A stretch of 64,000 bases of DNA from Camelus ferus (taxonomy: Eukaryota), in the NCBI RefSeq assembly GCF_009834535.1, contig NC_045696.1:44642001-44706000 (forward strand), in the 5' to 3' direction. Below the pieces are notes generated by a model. The model was not told the DNA's origin. It ran no database searches and saw only the letters and a program-made list of their open reading frames with translations. Below, piece after piece: positions 14,860 through 28,339 of this stretch (the stretch's first letter is position 1; each line of letters starts with the position of its first letter). A program made the position numbers and the translations under genes.

Positions 14860-15070
14860 TATAGTATAGTGGAAATCATACTTTTAAAGTCAAAGATCAT
14901 TTAACCTTAGATCAGTCTCTTAACATGTGATTTGGGGAAACAGTTTAAATTTTTAAGCCTTAGTTTTTTATTATTTAGAATAAGAATAATAATAGAACTA
15001 TTTTGAGGATGAAATGAGATAATGTAAAATGAAGTAATTTGGTATTCTATAATAAACATTAAATTAATAT
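14860..15070 (+). mobile_element. MIR SINE (degenerate)
   Basis: tgtgatttggggaaacagtttaaatttttaagccttagttt...tgaggatgaaatgagataatg. Confidence 0.65.
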
Positions 15071-15654
15071 TATGCAACAGGTGATAGATGAAAAGAGGGA
15101 TAGGTATAAAGAGAGAGAGAAGTACTAATTGTGTGGCACAAACTCTAGGATTTGAGAGAAACAAAAGACCATATAGGCAAGAATTAATGATAAAAATATG
15201 ATTAAAAGCTAATATTATTACTGGAATTTAAACCAGAGGAGAATTTGACACAAAGATAGTGCCAGGGTATAGAAGCAAATTACAATCTGAGATCAGATTG
15301 TGGACCATCTTGAATGGCCCACTTGAGAAGAGTGGATTCAAAGAGAAATTACTGGAATATATAACAACTGGAAATAGCATGAGTAGTTGAGTATTTTCAG
15401 TCAGTTTTCACTTGTAGATGTTATACAAATTAACCATGCAAAGGGGTCCTATAATGTATATAAGGTGGGTGGGAAAGAAAGGAGAAACAAAAGACAGGAG
15501 GAACAGCAGTTGGTACTGTGTGAGGTGATAAGCAACAGAGTGGGTGGTAGCACCGATATTTGAGAGACATTTCAAAGGATTAACCCAATGGGTTTGTCTG
15601 TTTGCTTGATTGCTTGTTTTGCAAATTAATATATATTGGAGTAGAATAGAAGAC

Positions 15655-15866
15655 TTTATTTTTTTTTTAATTGAAGTACAGTCAGTTACAATGTGTTAAT
15701 CTCTGGTGTACAGCACAATGTCCCAGTCATGCATATACATACATATATTCATTTTCATATTCTTTTTCATTAAAGGTCATTATAAGATATTGAATATAGT
15801 TCCCTGTGCTATACAGAAGAAATTTGTTTTTAATCTATTTTTATATATAGTAGTTAATATTTGCAA
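15655..15866 (-). mobile_element. camelid-type LINE-1 extreme 3' end
   Basis: Reverse complement of the 3' UTR seen at 4150-4330 (ttaattgaagtacagtcagttacaatgtg...). Poly-T head, flanked by aagactt direct repeats. Confidence 0.88.
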
Positions 15867-16159
15867 AAGACTTCTTAAGAGCTAAGAATCTGATTGGAAG
15901 CAGGTGACACTGACAAAAATGAAGACAACAATGGTGACAGTGATGTTAGTTTTAAGTATGTTTAGTGAAGTAATACTAAAACATTCAAATGGAACTGGCC
16001 AATAGGATAAGAATTTAGGCTAAGTAATATAGTTTAAAAATTCTTAAACATGCATGAACCACAGTCAATTCAAGGGCATTAGTTTAAAAAAAATCACTCT
16101 CCCACTAAAAACAAAACAAAACAAAGGAAAAAATACTAGGATCACAGAGAGGTTGAGAG

Positions 16160-16330
16160 AAGGAGAGCTAGAGGAAAAAGAAAAGAAAGGGAGGAAGAGA
16201 GGGAGGGAGGGAAATGGGGGAAAGGAGAGGCAGAGAGAAAATGAAAGAGAGAGGAAGGAAGGAAATAAGGAAGGAAAAAAGGAAGGAAAAAGCAGCTGTC
16301 TCTGAAATGGACAGAAAGAAGGAAAAAAAC
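16160..16330 (+). repeat. GA-rich low-complexity tract
   Basis: Near-continuous GGAA/GAGA purine run. Confidence 0.85.
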
Positions 16331-19300
16331 CGAAGTCTAAAAGTTGGGTCTCTGTTAATACCCCTGGGTATAGAATGAGGAATCACAAGGAGCCACAAAA
16401 GGACTGTAAGAATTAGTTCAAACAAAGTTGTAGAAATGAAGCAAGAAAACCCTAGGACTACCAAAGGTAAAGAAGGAAGAGTTTCCATAAGAAACAATAA
16501 AGATCTCAAAGGGGTCAAAACAAAGAAAACAGAGGAAATGTTCTTAGATGTGGCAAGAAGGAAACCACAACAGTTTCAGTTGAAAACTGAAGTCCAGTTT
16601 AAGAAAATTAAATTGGGAACAGATAATAATGAGTATGTTTCTAAGAGAAGTGACCTATATAGAGGAGCTTTTTTGCAAATCTTTCATGAAAGCTCAGAAT
16701 TGAAATTTAAGTCCACCACTCAGACTATTCCTTGTGCATAGATAATATATATAGATAATATATATATCTCTGTTCTTCCAAAGACTCTAACATTACTTCC
16801 TGCATCAATACAATCCATCCACAAGGCCCTGGCATCGAAGACAACTTTGAGTAGGCTGCAGATACTGGAAAAGAGATTAACTGGAGGTGATTCACTCAGC
16901 TTTACTCTCCATAGGTTACTAATCAGTCAGGGCTGCCTTTCAGATCTCTTGCTCTGAGTTGTTTTTACCCCACTGAATGGCACAGCCTCTAATCCTTTTA
17001 GGGTTAAGAATGTAAAGCAGATGACAACATTTCTTTTCTCGGTGAAAAACTGTACCATAGTTCAAAAGAGCAATATGTGGTAAGGAATAATATCTGGGGG
17101 AAAAAATCAGGCTGTCTGCATGAAAAAGAAAAACAATTCTATTCTCCCAACAACTCAATCATTAAATTTTAGTTGCTTTCAGAGGAGATTTTGGTCATCC
17201 TTGGAAGATAACATCTTTTACTTTTTCCTTTTCCCTTTATCCCTTCCTTTGGGGAGCTACTTTTTCTCCACCTTATGGTGCAGGGATTAATTAAATGGTG
17301 GTCTCCCTGGCCCCAGGCTGGCTAATTAGAGTGCCTCTTCAACCCTGACCCAGTAGTTCATCCAGCAGCGAGAACACAAACCTACTGGACTAGGCAGATC
17401 ATTAGAAGAGACAGATAAGGATATTGGGTGTGACAGAAAGAATGAGTCTTTTTCTTCTTATCTGAATGAGCTGTGAGGACCCTGTAAATCTTCTCACCAT
17501 AAGAAGAGAGGAATTCTGCCTCTATAGCCTCCCCCACACACACACACAAATGATCTTCAAAATAGGGATGAGTGTTAAAATAATCTTCACATGCCTCTGT
17601 TTCAAAAGTCATCCTCTGGTCTGCCTGAGACTGGGCAAATACATGTATATGAAACTGGTGACATCATATGCCTTTTTTTTTTTAACCTATAATAATTAGG
17701 TCAATATCCTTCTTTTCAAAGGCAGTAATTCTTAGCTCCACAAGTCATGCCAAACTCCATTATCTATCGCTTCACTGAGCCACATGAACTAGGATTTCAC
17801 TTCCAGGTCCCATCCAAGCAGAACGCAGTGATCACTTCTTATATCTCCAGTGCTTGTTTTTCTATTATGCTAGATCTTTCCAGTTTTTGAGTTTAGAAAT
17901 TACAGTAAGATTCCAAGTATCCAAGATAGCGTTTGTCACATTATTAAACCTGAATAACCACAAAGCTGCTTCTACGATTACTTTCCTGGGATGACTATTA
18001 ATTTACTTTTTCATAAATTGCTTCTGCTTTGGTGTTAATGGTTTCCAAATTTCATATTTTAAAAAGGAGTCCTTTGAAGCCATGGTAAGATACCTGGGAT
18101 TTAAATGGAAATCATTGTAAAATATTTTTTCTGTCTAAAAGAATTTTTCAGACTCCTTAGCATTGCTACAGAGATGCTGAGAAGCAAAGATGGCATTTCA
18201 TTTACAAGCTTTCACTAATCTTGTGGGTGAGGATCATGGAATTTTCAGTCAGAGTGATACATATTCTGAATACTCTTCATAACAACATTTGCAATTAACT
18301 CAAATATCCTGCTAATGAAGTAATATATACTTACATTAATTACTACTTAGTAGATTATGAGCATCATATATGCCCTTGTTTTATAACACACTAGACATAA
18401 ATGTATTGGAAAATCCTCAGGAATTATGGAATTTTTACTAAATGGTACTGTCTTTAATAAATATCTAAAATAGTCCATAAAATGGGATATATTTCTGCAG
18501 AAAAATTAATGAGGCTTTACCTAACCACTAATTTGACTCGAGTCCTATTTTTAAAAGAGCAGTTGAATGGAAGATTATTTAAAGACTTATTTTGTGCCCT
18601 GATTCCTGTAAAAATGAATATGAAAATGGGGTGATATATGTGAACAGATTTAACTTCACTAATTTATTCTGATTAATCAGGGTTGATTATCAACAATGTT
18701 CAAAGAATCTTAATAACATGAGAAAATATATGGGTAATTGTCATACATTGTCTTGTTAGAATAAATAATAGTTTATAACACAAAGTGACTCATCAAAAGA
18801 AAATTAGGAAACAGGCAACATACTCAGGAGATACAAGTTACAGCAACATCTCTTGCACATTTTTTATCCTAGATTTCTTTAAGTCACAGTGTCTGTGACA
18901 CAGCAAATGCTATTACTGATACCTTTTTTGTCATGGCCACAATCTATTTTCTAATTGTGTGCATCATGTTTTGGGGGATTTATTATCAATCCCTTATTTT
19001 AATACCTTAATATATTTCTCCTCATAAGGCCAAAGTGGTAGACCAGTTGGAGATGGATCTTTTTACATTTTTTTCTAAGGTTTCAACTTTTGTTTCATTG
19101 CCCTGAAAATAAAATATGTAGAAAAAAGTTGCCTTTTGTGTTCTGCTACATCATCAACTAGTCCAGTGTTGCAGGTTTATTTACTGGTCTTCAGAAACAC
19201 AGGAGCCCAAGGCTTCAGTTAGCAGAAGGGGCAGCAGCTTGCTGTTGTAGGTATTCCTATTTATCTATCATGATACCCTCTTGATACCTTCTTTGTTGTA

Positions 19301-20449
19301 AAACTTCAGTGATCTTTTTTCAGTTTTTTTTTCCTCCACTCATTTAAAATTCCCAGTGATATCTAGCTCATCTTGCTGAGTTTCTTCTTACCATATGTTT
19401 TTAGTCACTCACTCAAGTCTGCATCTGCTTATCTACTATAGCATGTCCTCAATATCAACTCCAAAACAACTGGAGATTAAGTCATTATGTGGTGCTGTAA
19501 TGAATCAATTTCTGCTTCACATTATATTTTTTTCCTTCGAGAGAATGACAGCAGTATACTTGATATACCAGTGGGTTACATTAGCATTTAAGTGCATCTT
19601 ACGTAGTGTATTAGTAAGTTTGGGCACAGTATTTCAACCTGGGAAGTTCAGCTATGGGGAAACCCACCACTGTTCTTCTCTGAACTCTATACTGTTGGAT
19701 CATTATCTCCCCTTGAAATATAATAAACAGTATATAAATATACTTTCCTGTTGTCTGTCGTGTAACATGCGCAGTAAAAAAAAGTGAAGAATAAAACAAA
19801 TATCCAAACTAACAAAATGTAAATTTTAATTGGAAGATATATATCAAACATAAAGAAAAATTTAGAACATCAGCACATAAGACCCTGCAATAGTGTATAT
19901 ATATTTGGATATGAGATTCTTGTCAACCAAAAAAAAATTTTAATTGAAAAGTATTTGAATATGTGTTTTTGAAGCAGGGTATGGTTATAGACTTTGCTTT
20001 CAATATTTTTCCATCCAATGGTAATTTTGATGTGAAAGCAAACAGCTGAGTATGTGTGTTGGTTCCCCTTTAGAAGTGCTGGTTATGTCATATATTTTAA
20101 TTACATAAGGCAAGCAGACTAGTTATGTACCAATGCAAATTTCCAGAAAAATAATTAAAGGACATCACCATTGAAATTAAATTTTTAGATACAATTGCTT
20201 CAAGCTGTCATTTTCACAGCTGTCTGCTAACATCTCTAATGACACATAGAACCTTAATACATATTTGTTGAATGAATGAATTTATCGATTAATTGATGAG
20301 AGTGACTTAGGGTGATTCTGGCTTTGTCTAGAGCCTGGTGATCTTTGAATTCCTGCATCTGGTGATAAGCAAGTTGTCCACTTTAAACTAGCGAGTGCCG
20401 CTCTGAACAACCTAGACCTGTGGGCATGCGTACTTGTATAGAAGGTTTG

Positions 20450-20605
20450 GGACCAGGGTGAGGCAAGTGAGGTACTCCCTTAAGGTACAAAATTCAGGTG
20501 GTTGCAAAAATATCACTGATGAAGAAAAAGTGCCTTTTAATGCAATACTTTAATAAATCAAATTGATGCAAAATCCATAGTGAACAAAGAAATCAAAATG
20601 TTAAC
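20450..20605. mobile_element. hAT MITE fragment (MER96B-like)
   Basis: cagggtgaggcaagtgagg...caaaatt...ttttaatgcaata...tgaacaaa. Confidence 0.55.
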
Positions 20606-20609
20606 TAGT

Positions 20610-21008
20610 GATTGCTCCCACCACTTGGAGGACCAGATGAAGTGCTGTCCTGTGGAGGCCAGTGAACAATGCAGAAGTGCAGGGAGTGGTCACACCCGAG
20701 AGGTCTAACTTGAACCAATGAAAGACAAGAGACAAGAAGGAGGAAGCAAACTCGCAATCCTCTTCCTCCTACTTGACTCTTCCAAGGTGTAGTGTTTCCA
20801 CACAGCCTCCCTGGAAGACATCCCACATGGCTGAGCAACCAGCTCATCGTCCTGTGAAGCTGTGACCAGCTCAGAACAATGGCCCGGTATTTTCTTTCCC
20901 CACTTCCCTGTCCCACTTCCCCTTTCATACACTCTTTCTGCCCTGAAATTGCATCTTTCTATGAAGTATAGCACTAGATTCCATTTTGCAGGCAACTACA
21001 GCTAAGAC
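20610..21008 (+). mobile_element. old ERVL LTR (LTR16-like)
   Basis: ttgaaccaatgaaagacaagagacaag...cacagcctccctgga...gctaagac end. Confidence 0.5.
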
Positions 21009-22959
21009 TCAAGGTGAGTTAAGCCCAGGTCCCTGCCCTCAGTAGTTTAACAGCCAAGCAAAAGCAGTCACAGGTAAATTCAGCAGATAATTCAATGTGG
21101 TGCAGGAAGCACTTGGTCTGCAAGCCCTCATGAAGAAGAACTAGGCATGGGGTGAGATCAGTGAGTTTTGTAGAATGAAAAAGATTTTGCAAAAAAACAG
21201 CCGGTTAAGTAGATTGCAAGCTAAGAAAATAGTGACAGGAAACAAAAGTGTGGAAATGTTGGCAGGAAACAGCACCTAGAAGAGCTTATTATAATCTCAT
21301 ACACTACAAGGTGCTTGATTAAAATATGTTTCTAGAGACCTCATTCCCATTAGCTCTAAAATGAGGATCATAAGAATGTCCACCCCATAGTATTATCTAT
21401 TAGAATAAATGAGGGGCTACCTGAAACAGCACTTAGAAAGAGGTCTGGCGAATAGTAAGACCTCCCTCCCAACCTGCTGGAGTGCCTCATCCACTTTTTA
21501 AATCCTATTTTCAAAGAAATACCCTGAGATTGCCACTCCATCGAATCGTTTCCATCTTTGGACAAATTGTGTTGCATGTTAATAATCTGAACTATTTTAA
21601 TATGCATTTCCATTTAAAACTGACTAGTAAACATCTGTTGAACCGCCTAGAAAATGGATTTTCAAAAATGAACTAGTGACTTAATTTAATAATATGCAGG
21701 AAGTCATCTAGCTATCAAATCTCAACCTTGACATAAGTAATTTTTTTTGACATTTGTGTTTTTCCACTTTTACTTTTTTATTAAAAGAATCTATATTGGT
21801 GCTTTATGGAACACTGAACAAAAATTACCAATGCTGCAACTCTAGGCTGTCTTCTCTTCCTTTAATAATCATTTTTCTGAAATTATTTTTACCACATACA
21901 CTTTTTGTTTGCTTTGTAATAGGCAGAAGTGCCAAAGAAGTGTTTTTGGTTTTTAATCTATAATTTTTCTGGCTAAAAGGTGTCTTTAATAAACTGAAGT
22001 ATGTACCTAGTCTTTTCTACTCAAGCGCATAACATCAATACAAGTTCTAAAGAGGTTTTATGTGGCTGAATAACTTTCGTGTTTTTACTATCTCATTAAC
22101 CAAATATTAATTTCTAGGCTCAGTGATTTTTTTTTAAATATATATTTCTCTACATCAATTAACTTCTTATGAAGTACTTTAAGAGTTTAGAGTAAAATAC
22201 GGCTATGAGTCGACTGAAGTGAAGGAAGATGATACGTGAAATGTGAGTAGTGTAAACACAGTTGAAAAGACATTCTCACTGCAAACTGGGAATCCAAATA
22301 ATGTCACCTGATTATTGTCTAAAGTGGGGAAAGGTCCTGAAACAATAAGAGGCTGATACTATTTTTATATATGTTCATGGTTTAATCTCAAACACACTGG
22401 GAATATGCATAAGTGAATTGGTCATGGCATTAAGCACCTTCCTGTAAAATAAATATTTGAATAACCTACAGTCTGTATATATCCTACTATCAGGAATCTG
22501 AGGTTATGGGAAACCAAGTAGCAGGCACTTAAGTAACTAAGATAGTAGAGCTGGTAGGAGAGAAATTAATTTTATAAGACAGAACTTGCGGTTTTAAATG
22601 TATTTTTCTCCTCTCTGCTTCTTTTGAATATTTTTTCATCGCATTAATATAAAGAACACAGGAAAAATAAACAATGTACAATAACATTAATTCATAGATC
22701 TTTTAGGCAAATTCTAAGTAATCTGTACTTAGTTTCTCCATGCATGATGAAATAACAATAAATCTTGCAGTTTTTTTTTCTAATATCCTGATCTCTACCA
22801 GTAATTACAAGCCATGTCTTAAAAACACAGTTGCCATGTTTACTGCCATGTTTACTCCTATATTCCAATAGCAGGCTTCTGTAATCATAGCTCGGTAAAT
22901 TAGGAAAGAATTCAAATAGGATTTTAATCCAAACGAAAGTTAAATTCTGAATACTTCAC

Positions 22960-23371
22960 TGCCGGTTCCCAAATTGGCCCCTGTGCACGGAGGGCAAGGA
23001 GAGACTGAAGAAAGAGGCAGCCGCTCCACACTGGTAGGTGCAGGTTTAATAAGAAAAGGAAGGAAGGAACTTACTTAAGAGGCTGGAGGGCAGCCCCGCC
23101 ACGAACGAGTAGGGCGCCTTACCGCCCGCCAGAGTCTTAAAAGTTTATCCAGAGGCCTTACCTGGGTTCAGTCACGTACTCAGTCCAGAAGGTCTCACTA
23201 CACCTTGTTCTCTCAAGGCTGCATCCTTGAAAACGTCTCCCACGGTGGAACGGTGGGTGCAACACACACTCCAGGGCGCAGGAGGGAGTGAGGCGCCGCC
23301 GACAGCCCGCGCGCGTCCCGCTCTCACAGCGTCAACCTGCGGTCGCGTCCTCTCCGTGACCTCGCCGCCCT
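22960..23371 (-). mobile_element. 3' LTR of a class III (ERV-L/ERV-S-like) provirus
   Basis: TG at 22960 (CA terminus on -), ATTAAA on - at 23045-23050, adjacent PPT-like GAGGGTGGAGGG on - at about 23373-23384. Confidence 0.75.
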
Positions 23372-25720
23372 GCCCTCCACCCTCGTGCCGGCTCTCACAG
23401 CCTCCCACGCTGGCTCTTCACAGCGCGCGCTGGGCGCTCAGCCAGGGGTCCGCCGGCGTGGGGGTGGGCAATCTGGCGGCACCCCGGCTGTGCCAGAGAC
23501 AGAGCCCATCCATGGCTACAGCGCAGGCACGTGCAATCTGGCTCATGAGGCGCCCAGCGCTGCTGATGGCTCACGTACACGTACTAAAGCCTGGGACAGT
23601 ACTTCAGTCCCCCAGGCCAATGTGGTTTTACCTATTACTAATTTAATCTGCTGTTTTAATATTCCATTCTTCCTTTCCATGAACCCTAGAGCCTGCAGGT
23701 TACAGGCGAGATAAAACCTCCTTTGATGCCATGTTCTTAGGCCCAGTCTTGCACATCATGACCTTTGAAATAAGACCCCCTAGTCACTGTCTATCCAACA
23801 AGGGTTCTCTGTGCGTGGTACTCGGCTTCTCTAATCCTCTAATGAAGACAGCCGGGTTTGCCTGGCGACAGGCTTGGATTAAGCCAGATGCAGTATCCAC
23901 ACAAAGGCAAATTTAGAACCCTCACTCAGGTGGAAGGGGCCAATATAATTAATTTCCCAATCCCTCACTGCTTGGGAACTCTCGTGGATGGCCCCAGACT
24001 CCTTTGGCAGTTGCCTTGGGTGTTGTTTTGAACAAACAGGAAATGCTGTTATTGTGTTAACCAAGTCACTCTGTTTCAAGGTCAGTCTGTCATCCTTGGC
24101 AATACCGTTTCTAGGACTTGTACCTGAGATGGGGCATCAGCTTCCTGATTGCCAGGGGGTTCGTGTGTCTTATGAGCCAGGACCTGGAAGACAGGGAAGA
24201 CTGCCTCAGGTTTTGTAGATGAACCCAAGTGTCTTCCCACACATCCTGACCCCACAACAGCATATTTACCATCGTCCACCCCTTGGCTTTCCGTTGTCCA
24301 AGTCTTACAGTTAATCTCTTTAGAACAGCCCAACTGTCGGTACAAAGGCCAGGGCTCATGAATGATCACCAGCCACACCATGGAGCTGAGCCCACTGGCT
24401 GCTGTGGTTTGTTCCAGTTTCCACCCAGGTGGTGTCAGTGTCAGGCTGAACGGTGAGTACAGTCCCTGTGGATGGGTTGTGCCTTACCCACCTGTATAGC
24501 AGGCATCAGCAGGAATTTCCCACACTACTTCTCTACAGGCTGCAGGGGCCTCCGCAGGAACGGGGAAGGCGGGGCATTTGGAAGATCTACATACCCTATA
24601 GGGCCTAGTTCCACCCACATTTCGAGGGACAGTGGGCTGGTGGACAGGGGGCTCCTCTGTTGCAAGCCACTCAGTCGACATGAGCGTTAGAGCCAGGGCA
24701 GAGGAGGGTCAATAGAAACCCAGCCCTTCATAGAAAGGGACGTTCTCACCACAATACATGATTCCTTCAAGAGAGGTTCTGCCTGGAGGAATGCTGTGTA
24801 CACTGCTAGGAGCTGTTGCTCCATGGGGTATATCAGGCTTCTGCCCCCTTCCAGAGCTGGGACAAAATCCTGAGGGTATTCTCCTCTGCTGTTTCTGCCA
24901 CAGTGTCTAACCCTTATCTGTGAGAGACAGACACATCATCCTCAAATGGTAGCCCTGCTTGGGGGATGCCCAGAGCTTTAGTCTGCTTCATTAGTATTTT
25001 TAGTTTCTCAAAAGCAGCTTGCTGCTCTGATCCTCAGTCCTACACATGCCGTTTCTTTACCAAATGGTGTAAGGGATGGAAGCACTGTGCTCCATGAGGA
25101 ATAAAACTCCTCCAAAGCTCTGAAATCCCCCAAAGCCTTGCATCTCTTTTGTGTTCGTAGGGGTTGGATAGGTTTTCGTCTTATCAGTCACAGCTCCTGG
25201 AACAACAGGCATGTTACCCAGACAAATGACCCCCCAAAATTTTACATCAGTGTCTGGGCCTTGATAATTCTGTGAGTTTACTTCCTCCTATTCTCTCCCT
25301 CAAAGATGTCCCAGCAAAGTCTGCAGTGTCCTGCAGTGGTGGCAAGTCTTCACATGTTACAGTTTATCATCAGTGTAATGAGCCCATGGTGAAGGAAAAC
25401 AGAGATACATCTCAGGCCACCATCCCATGATATATGATGGGGCTCGGCAGGTAGTCTTGGGGAAATGTCTGAAAGGTCCATTTTTGTCCCTCCCATTTAA
25501 AGGTAAATTGATTTTGTGACTCAGTGACAAGGGATATAGCGAAAGAAGCAGAAACGCACAATACACTCCTAGGACCATGGCCAAGTCATCTAAGATGGTG
25601 GCAGTGTCGAGCACAGCCACATACATTGGGGCCACTATGTTGTTCAATTTTCTGTTGTCCACGGTCATCCACCATGAGCAATCTGGCTCTCTTACCAACC
25701 ATACCAGGCATTCCTATAAA
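23372..25720 (-). mobile_element. class III ERV internal region, decayed pol (RT-RNaseH-IN), no env
   Basis: - strand fragments: PDCSWWMTVDNRKLN (RT, compare DGSWRMTVDYRELN), CTDSWAV...LWGQDVWED (RNase H), VRDWEINYIGPF (integrase, compare WQIDYIGPL). Order RT-RH-IN-PPT-LTR, with many disablements. Confidence 0.9.
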
Positions 25721-26094
25721 ATAGGACACCAATTCTTCCATGTTTCAAAAACAGTAATTAACTGTGAATTCTATCTCTGTACTCTGCTTTTCCAGAATAT
25801 CCAGTCAAAAACAAACAAACAAAAAATCCCAACTTTGGATTGGATGAACATGTTCTTCTTCTCTTTGTATTCTGCTGATTATTTCAGATCCTCACAGTTG
25901 CAACTATTACTCAGAGAAATAGTTCCTAATTTGGAGTATGGGCACCTGTATAAAGGCTAGAAGGTATTTTAGGCCATCCATTTCCAAGAATTTGAAAGTA
26001 AGGTGATGCTGCAACAAACTAGAAAATCAATATATAATAGCAGAGATTATATTCCTATTAAAACCACCTGAAAGAGATGAAAAAAACTTGGTTA

Positions 26095-26307
26095 AAATCT
26101 ATATATTTATACATAGTATATAGTACATATCTATTGAATACTATATATATCTATAGTATCTTTCTATATATCTATAGTATTTATAATACATAGTATATTT
26201 ACTATTGTGTAGTATACTATATATAGCTATATTGTATTATATATACATCTATGTATACTATACATAGTATACCTATATCTACATACAAACTATACATGTA
26301 TAATATA
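26095..26307. repeat. degenerate (TA)-rich simple repeat
   Basis: TATA/TATAG/CTATA iterations. Confidence 0.8.
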
Positions 26308-26808
26308 TGTTTGACCCTTGAACAACACGAGTTTGAACTGCATGGGTCCATTTATATACAGATTTTTGTTTGGTTGGTTTTTTGTTTTTGTTTTTGAATA
26401 GACTTTATTCTTTTAGAGTAGTTTCAGGTTCACAATAGAATTGAGCAGAAAATACAGAGAGTTCACACATAGCCCCCCCCCCACATATATATACCCCCCT
26501 ACCCTCAACATCCCTCATCAGCGTGGCATATTTGGTACAATCCATGAACCAACATGGGCACATGATTATCAACCAAAGTCCATAGTTTACATTAGGGTTC
26601 ACTCTTGATGTTGTACGTTCTATGGGTTTTGACAAATGCAAATTTATATATAGTTTTTTTAATAACAAACACTACCATACTACACATATACAGTTGGTTT
26701 AATCTATGGATATGGAACAGCAGATACAGAGGGCTAACTATAAGTTATACCCAGATTTTTTACTGTGCAGATTTTCAACTAACCCCCACATTGTTTAAGG
26801 GTCAACTG
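26308..26808. mobile_element. Tigger-type MITE (MER8/Tigger2-like), interrupted
   Basis: TIRs ttgacccttgaaca (26311-26324) and tgtttaagggtcaactg (26792-26808), with TA on both flanks. Confidence 0.8.
26365..26645 (-). mobile_element. L1MC-type 3' end nested in the Tigger MITE
   Basis: T-rich head, then gactttattcttttagagtagtttcaggttcaca...caaagtccatagtttacattagggttcactctt. Confidence 0.75.
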
Positions 26809-27184
26809 TAAGGTGTATAGAGTATATTACAGTACACATAGTATTATATCTAAGGTACTATATCTCTATATATACCTATAGAGATCATATGGTTTAATTT
26901 GACAAAAGATAGTATAGCATCTAAAAAAGAATGTATCAATATGAAAAGGAGATGATCAGTTTTAAAAGAAAAGGAAAAAAAAAATAGAAACACATGAAAC
27001 AAACATTGCCTGTACTCATCTCTGTGCTGTCTTGGGGAGTGAGACCCAGGAAAGCTAACTTGTGGTTCCACTCTGTTTAAGAGGTAGATAACGACATTTT
27101 GCACAAGTGGATGCATCAAGTTTAAAAGTAATATGACTATGTATTGCAATCATTTATCTCTTCTGCCACTGCTTCTTGATTATT

Positions 27185-27711
27185 GTAGTAATTATTGCTG
27201 CTGTTTACCAGATATTCCCAGCTCTTCTCCTTGTGACACATTGTAGAATTCTGCTTCCCAACCCACCTTGAACTTGGGCTGTATCCTTCCAGATTGAAGC
27301 TTGAACACTCAGTATGTAATTCACCACATTCTTTTCTCCTTACCTAGAAATCGTTGAAGCATGAAACTAACTCACTGTGAAGCTAATTGACAAAAATCAT
27401 TAAGTTTTAGGGCCCCTTATTTGCATGGGCCCACTTCAAGACTATGTGTCTAATTCTGTATTTGTATTTTTGTATTATATTTCTTAAAAAGAGCACCCAA
27501 AACACTAAGAGCCTCAGACCCCTCATATCCCGGATCTGCCCTAGAAGAATATGACACAGAACCTGCATCAGCCTAGTTCCCTGATGCACTACAGTGAGAT
27601 CACCCTGCTGGCAAGGGCTGGACAAGTGCGAGCAAAAATAAATCTGTTGTTTCAGGACACTGAAACTGTGAAGTTGTTAAGCAGCATAACCTAGATTATC
27701 CCAACTGATAC
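27185..27711 (+). mobile_element. old MaLR LTR (MLT1I/J-like) with a hAT MITE-like insert at about 27405-27542
   Basis: aataaatctgttgtttc...gcagcataacctag...ctgataca terminus. Confidence 0.55.
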
Positions 27712-28339
27712 AATTAACTAAATAACTCCCTACAGAGGGAGAATGTGTTAATCAGATCAAAGTAAACACCTAATTGCTCCCTGGCAATTAGGTTTTATAA
27801 ATCAATTACCTAGAATTTTAATTTATTAACTTATTGTTGCACGCAACTTGAGTGCATATCTTGGTATCTAAGACCCTAAGAGTCAGGCAAAATCATGTTT
27901 GTAGCATGCAAAGCCATTCCAGCTTAATGATTAAGAGAGTTTATCTAGCTTTGATAGAAATTTAAGCAAGACCTGTCCTGAGTAGTATCTTGTACATGAT
28001 CTTAAACCCCTGACTCTACCCCATCTTTTATTTACCTTTATTAATTAAGTGGCTGCAGAACTCCTACTTGTTTATCTGAGTGGCAATTCATTAAAATGCT
28101 AACTCAGTTGCTTACTAGTTGTATAACCTAGTCTAAGTTAGTAACTTTAGGCCTTCATTTTCTCACCTGTAAATGAAACCAATAATATATCTCCCTTACA
28201 GTTTTATGGTGGGAATTAAGTGAGATAATCTTAGTAGACACAAAATGAATTAAAACTTTTAGGAAGATGGAGAACTGAGGAGAGCCTACAACCAATTCCT
28301 CACCCTCCAATGCAGCGTTTGTATTTGAGTTTTTAGCAT

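Noticed and set aside
16054..16741. Lys/Glu/Arg-rich ORFs and their hydrophobic antisense ORF
   Set aside because: Products of a GA-rich low-complexity tract.
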